A stretch of 64,000 bases of DNA. It comes from Bacteroidetes bacterium HLUCCA01 (GTDB taxonomy: Bacteria > Bacteroidota > Rhodothermia > Balneolales > HLUCCA01). Of the stretch, positions 59,961 through 64,000 are shown piece by piece. Both the position numbers and the translations under genes were made by a program. Positions within the stretch are counted from its first letter, which is position 1; each line of letters starts with the position of its first letter. The stretch lies in contig LIHN01000007.1 in NCBI GenBank assembly GCA_001314545.1, positions 31,217-95,216 of the forward strand. Direction: 5' to 3'. A model generated the notes under the pieces. The model was not told the DNA's origin. It ran no database searches and was given only the letters and a program-made list of their open reading frames with translations.

Positions 59961-60136
59961 TTACAGATATGGCGCATCATTACAGTCACCGGATCTGCCT
60001 TTGCCTGAGCTCTCCCGGGACGCTGTTCCTCCTCCTGTCAACACCGGGTTCAACATGGCAAGCTTGCAATTATCCTTCAGGCCTGCACCCGGTGCCGTTC
60101 CGGCCAACTCCCCGTTTCCGGATTATGCAAGCTTTA

Positions 60137-61585
60137 TCAATTACCGGTCGGCAGTTTGGCTTTCCGACCATTCAGTACCAGTCTGGCGTCACCGTTGGGG
60201 CCGGTCGACTCGATGGTAATCTGCACGGGGGTGTCTTCATCTACATCGCCATCGCCGTCATTAACTGTGAAACTGTATTGGGTGAGTTGCGGGATGTTGG
60301 TGAATCCGGAATTCAGTCCACCCACGGTAATATTTACATCGCCCAGCACATCGGCTGCCTCTCCCTCCACGGTTACTGTTACACCGGTATCCTCAACCAT
60401 AGGATTGCCCTGCGAGTCCATAACGGTGTAGCTGAACTGCTGATCGCCGCCGTTGGGAATGTTGAAAGTGGTTGGGTTAACCGTGATGATGGGCGCAAGC
60501 GAGAATATCATATTCCCGGAAGTGCTGATGGTCTCATTCTGATCATTGACAGTTGAAGCGGTGATGGTGGCAATTCCGCCGGCAGGGAATGGTTGACCGA
60601 CCTGAAGCTGGGCCGATGCCCTGCCGTTGGTTGTGAATCCTGCACCCTGGATGAAACCACCCTCTGTGGTGAAATAAATTGCGGTGCCATCGGGTACGGT
60701 ATTGCCGTATCGGTCACCCACCATGACAGTCCAGTTGACATTGGCTCCCACGCCAAAAGGGGCATTCCGGGTTTCGGTCAGCAGGCTGAAATGCTGCTGA
60801 CTGGGCTGTCCGGCGTGGATGACCACGGCAACAGGATTGGAGCGTATCAGTGTGCCTCCGGTAGTCTGGGTTTCGGCTACGACCTGCACTACGCCGGACC
60901 GGGTTCCGCTCATGAGTGTAGCTGATGCCTGTCCGTCTTCGTTCGTTGTGATGGATTCATCTGTCAGGGTTTCCCCGCCGTCAGGCCGGGCGCCAAAACG
61001 GAAGGTCACGTCCACGGGATTATGAGCGCCGAGCGGATTCCCGTTCACATCCACAATTTGAAAGGTTAATTTGGTGTCTTCCTGCTGTCCGGTTTCCCGC
61101 ACGCCGATTTCCGTGAGGGTGGCTCCGAGCAGATAGATACTGGCAGGCTCCGTAAACGGTGGCGGGTCTTCCGGGTCAGGATCTTCTCCCGGAGGAGGAT
61201 TGGGATCGTCCGGATCGGTTGTGGTGCCAGCTCTGTTGAGTTTAAACACCGGAACCGTCACGTCACGCTCGGGAATGGTCAAAAACTGTTGGGTTGACGG
61301 ACTGAATCCTTCCTTTTGGGCTTCAATGTTGAATGAGGTAGTGGAGTCTACTTCGATTTCGAAGGCGTAACTGCCCTCGGCATCGGTTACCGTGACACGC
61401 TCTGGTTGCGGACTGGTTATGCGTACAATGGCATCGCTGAGCGGATTATCGGCTGCATCGGTAACCAGTCCTGAAATGGTAACCGGCTCAAAATTAGTGG
61501 AAGAGGTTGTATCACAGGCATTCAGAAACAGGAGACCTGCGAAAAGCGATATGATTGTTGCGAGGAGCGGTCGGTTGGTTTTCAT
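60137..61585 (-). CDS. Lipoprotein with a carboxypeptidase-regulatory-like domain and bacterial Ig-like (Big) repeats
   Basis: Start at ATG 61585 (MKTNRPLLATIISLFAGLLFLNAC, lipobox). GLVTDAADNPLSDAIVRI...TDAEGSYAFEI fits a CarboxypepD_reg-like fold. A proline-rich spacer is followed by three or four repeats with Big-like strands (GQASATLMSG..., NGRASAQLQVG...). Confidence 0.6.
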   Translation of the reverse strand: MKTNRPLLATIISLFAGLLFLNACDTTSSTNFEPVTISGLVTDAADNPLSDAIVRITSPQPERVTVTDAEGSYAFEIEVDSTTSFNIEAQKEGFSPSTQQFLTIPERDVTVPVFKLNRAGTTTDPDDPNPPPGEDPDPEDPPPFTEPASIYLLGATLTEIGVRETGQQEDTKLTFQIVDVNGNPLGAHNPVDVTFRFGARPDGGETLTDESITTNEDGQASATLMSGTRSGVVQVVAETQTTGGTLIRSNPVAVVIHAGQPSQQHFSLLTETRNAPFGVGANVNWTVMVGDRYGNTVPDGTAIYFTTEGGFIQGAGFTTNGRASAQLQVGQPFPAGGIATITASTVNDQNETISTSGNMIFSLAPIITVNPTTFNIPNGGDQQFSYTVMDSQGNPMVEDTGVTVTVEGEAADVLGDVNITVGGLNSGFTNIPQLTQYSFTVNDGDGDVDEDTPVQITIESTGPNGDARLVLNGRKAKLPTGN

Positions 61586-61823
61586 ACCCGGGTTTATCAA
61601 AAATTGAGGTGCAACACCTTGAAAAAGACAATTTCCATACGGTCTGAAATGTAGGAAAATTAATTGCAAAGTGCTTCTCCTAAACCATTACAATATGGTA
61701 AGGATTATACCACCATCAACCAGGGAACAGGCTTTTTCCCCGACCGTCTGATCACCGTCACTATGTACATAATGTCCCGTTTTGACCGGCATTACCCGAC
61801 AACAGATATCGGAAATCAGCAGC

Positions 61824-64000
61824 TCATACGTCCCGGGTGTAGGTATCCAGCGTGTGTTGCAATTTTTTGAAATCCAGCGGTTTGCTCAGGAAAGCATCCA
61901 TGCCAGCCTGCAGACAGGTATCGCGGTCTTCGGTAAGCACACCGGCCGTAAGGGCAATAATCGGCGTATGGCGTTTTTCGCCCGCTTCCATTGAACGGAT
62001 GGTTCGGGTAGCAGCGATGCCGTCGGTACCGGGCATTTGCACATCCATCAGAATAATATCCGGCCGTTCGCGCTGATAGACCGCTATGGCTTCGCCGCCG
62101 TCGGAGGCCTCCAGAATGCGCACTTTCTGACGCATATTGCGCAGAACACCCCTGACCAGCGTCATGTTCATCGTGTTATCTTCGGCAACCAGCACGCTGA
62201 CCCGGACTTGTTGACCCGGACTTTTTTCGGGTGCTTCCGCAGTTGCCGGCATAGGTTCTGCCGGCACTGTATGATGTTCATGAACGCCCTGCATGAGTTT
62301 AATGAGTTCATCGGTGCGTACAGGTTTGCTGATCCGGTGTGCCACCCCCAGTTCATCACAACGACGGTGAACCGTGGCATCATCGCTGGAGGAATGCATC
62401 AGGATAACCGGCAATTCCTGCGCTGTCAGATTCAGTTTGGAACGGATCATGGCAATGATTTCCAGTCCGTCAATATAGGGCATGTGATAATCGCACAGCA
62501 TGGCGTCAAACACGCGTGAACGCTCCAGAAGCTTCATCGCATCCAGTCCGTTTTCGCACGATTCGGTTTCAATTCCCATGCCACGCAGGGTACTTTCCAG
62601 CATGGAACGGTTCGAGGCATTATCGTCAACAATCAGGCATCGTTTTACGTGAAGCGGACCTGCAGTGGTTTTCTCTTCCGAAAATTCAACGCGGGTTTTA
62701 AGGGTGAAACTGAACGTACTACCCACTCCCTGTTCGCTTCGAATCGTAATTTCAGAATTCATTTTACGGGCAATTTTCTGCGAAATGGCCAACCCAAGAC
62801 CGGTTCCGCCAAATCGTCGGGTAGTGCTGGTGTCAGCCTGGGAAAATACCCTGAAGAGTTTTTTCTGCTGGTCGCGGGTGATACCGATCCCGGTATCGCG
62901 CACCGAAAATGTGATTACAGCACTATCCTTTTCAGCCGGTTCGAATCCGGCCGAAAGCTCAATTTCGCCTCGTTCGGTGAATTTAACAGCATTACTGAGC
63001 AGGTTGGTGAGGATCTGGGTCAGCCGAACCCCGTCAACCCACGCATATTGGGGAAAACCTTGCTGCAGATTGAGCAATACCTCTACCCCTTTATCGCTGG
63101 CACCAAGCTTGATCATTTCCAGGCTATTGGCCGCTATTTCCTGTACATCGGTTCGGGTAACCTCCAGCTCCAGCATGCCCGCCTCGATTTTGGAGAAATC
63201 AAGAATATCATTGATGATGCGAAGGAGGTTATGGCCGGATATGTTGGCTCCATGGACAAATTCTTTCTGCAGGCTGTCAAGCCGGGTTGTTTTGAGCAGT
63301 TCGGTAAATCCAATCACCCCGTTCAACGGGGTACGCAGCTCATGGCTCATGTTGGCCAGGAACTGGCTTTTGGCTTTACTGGCGGCTTCCGCCTGTTCTT
63401 TCGCCAGTTGCAGGGCTTCTTCAACCGCTTTGCGGTCGGTGATATCCTGTATGTAACCGTGCCACAGGACATTTCCATTAGCCAGCCGCTGGGGCGTGGC
63501 TACACCTTCAACCCAGATGGTCGACCCGTCCGGCAGGTTAACCCGGTAACGGTCCTGCCACTGTTCCATGGTTTGGGCAGAACGACCGATGCTCTCTTTC
63601 ACCCGTTCAAAATCATCGGGATGCAAGGCTTTAAATACCGGTGTTGCATCGTGAACTACCTCGTCTGGGCTTACCCCATAAATATGCAGGATATTATCCG
63701 ATGCGAATGGAAAGCGCGAGGTGAAGTCCGGGCTGAGTTCATACTGGTAAATGAAGCCCGGCAGATGTTTACCAAGTTCACCAATACGCTGGAGAAGTTC
63801 ATGGTTAACGGCTTCTGCCTGTTTGCGCTCGGTGATATCCTGATGAGTTCCCATCATCATCAGGGGTTTTCCATCCAGTGTACGACTGATTACCTTGCCG
63901 CGGTCCAGAACCCAGATCCAGTGACCGTCTTTATGGCGCATTCTGGACTCATACTCATAATACTCCTGCTTCCCCTCGAAATGTTCACGCAGCAGTCGTT
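61824..64000 (-). CDS. Hybrid sensor histidine kinase (PAS/PAC, HisKA, HATPase, two receiver domains), 5'-truncated by the window edge
   Basis: H-box FLANMSHELRTPLNGV, ATPase motifs (NAVKFT, DTGIGI, GTGLGLAI) and two receivers (LIVDDN...CDYHMPYIDG; LVAEDN...MDVQMPGTDG...KP). The frame stays open from 63941 to 64000 (…FEGKQEYYEYESRMRHKDGHW), so the N-terminus lies outside the window. Confidence 0.85.
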   Translation of the reverse strand, partial: RLLREHFEGKQEYYEYESRMRHKDGHWIWVLDRGKVISRTLDGKPLMMMGTHQDITERKQAEAVNHELLQRIGELGKHLPGFIYQYELSPDFTSRFPFASDNILHIYGVSPDEVVHDATPVFKALHPDDFERVKESIGRSAQTMEQWQDRYRVNLPDGSTIWVEGVATPQRLANGNVLWHGYIQDITDRKAVEEALQLAKEQAEAASKAKSQFLANMSHELRTPLNGVIGFTELLKTTRLDSLQKEFVHGANISGHNLLRIINDILDFSKIEAGMLELEVTRTDVQEIAANSLEMIKLGASDKGVEVLLNLQQGFPQYAWVDGVRLTQILTNLLSNAVKFTERGEIELSAGFEPAEKDSAVITFSVRDTGIGITRDQQKKLFRVFSQADTSTTRRFGGTGLGLAISQKIARKMNSEITIRSEQGVGSTFSFTLKTRVEFSEEKTTAGPLHVKRCLIVDDNASNRSMLESTLRGMGIETESCENGLDAMKLLERSRVFDAMLCDYHMPYIDGLEIIAMIRSKLNLTAQELPVILMHSSSDDATVHRRCDELGVAHRISKPVRTDELIKLMQGVHEHHTVPAEPMPATAEAPEKSPGQQVRVSVLVAEDNTMNMTLVRGVLRNMRQKVRILEASDGGEAIAVYQRERPDIILMDVQMPGTDGIAATRTIRSMEAGEKRHTPIIALTAGVLTEDRDTCLQAGMDAFLSKPLDFKKLQHTLDTYTRDV

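Noticed and set aside
62935-62951. tRNA T-arm-like sequence gccggttcgaatccggc.
   Set aside because: It lies inside the HATPase region of the hybrid histidine kinase coding sequence. No D-arm, anticodon arm or acceptor pairing can be built around it.

Overview
This 64-kb window looks like ordinary chromosome, not a mobile or defence island. I support 44 protein genes, one tRNA-Phe(GAA) and one SRP (4.5S-type) RNA, the latter invisible to the ORF track. Two secreted proteins carry type IX secretion (T9SS) C-terminal sorting domains, which suggests an FCB-group bacterium (Bacteroidota/Balneolota/Rhodothermota-like); this is inference only. Most genes are housekeeping: hemW, lon, recN, dxs, xseB, folP, cdaA, dnaN, pheA, recJ, comEC, gpx. 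I saw no CRISPR array, integrase, transposase, restriction-modification genes or recognisable defence genes. The one stand-out multi-gene system is an 11.5-kb operon (48512-59960). It starts with a partner-switching module: a REC-PP2C phosphatase, an RsbW-like serine kinase and a STAS protein. A full chemosensory set follows: CheA with two CheW-like domains and a REC domain, CheW, an MCP, CheB, CheR and an Aer-like PAS-MCP. No motor output or sigma factor is encoded nearby. Inside this operon the cheB-cheR junction is a 47-bp tandem repeat. It forms a chain of three 16-codon mini-ORFs joined by ATGA stop/start overlaps, ending at the cheR start codon. Lesser observations include an SbtA/SbtB-like transporter and PII pair next to a CNNM/CBS protein. 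There are also several short tandem or palindromic arrays in intergenic regions, and low-complexity insertions recur in otherwise conserved proteins. All calls come from reading the sequence and translations by eye; no database search was run.
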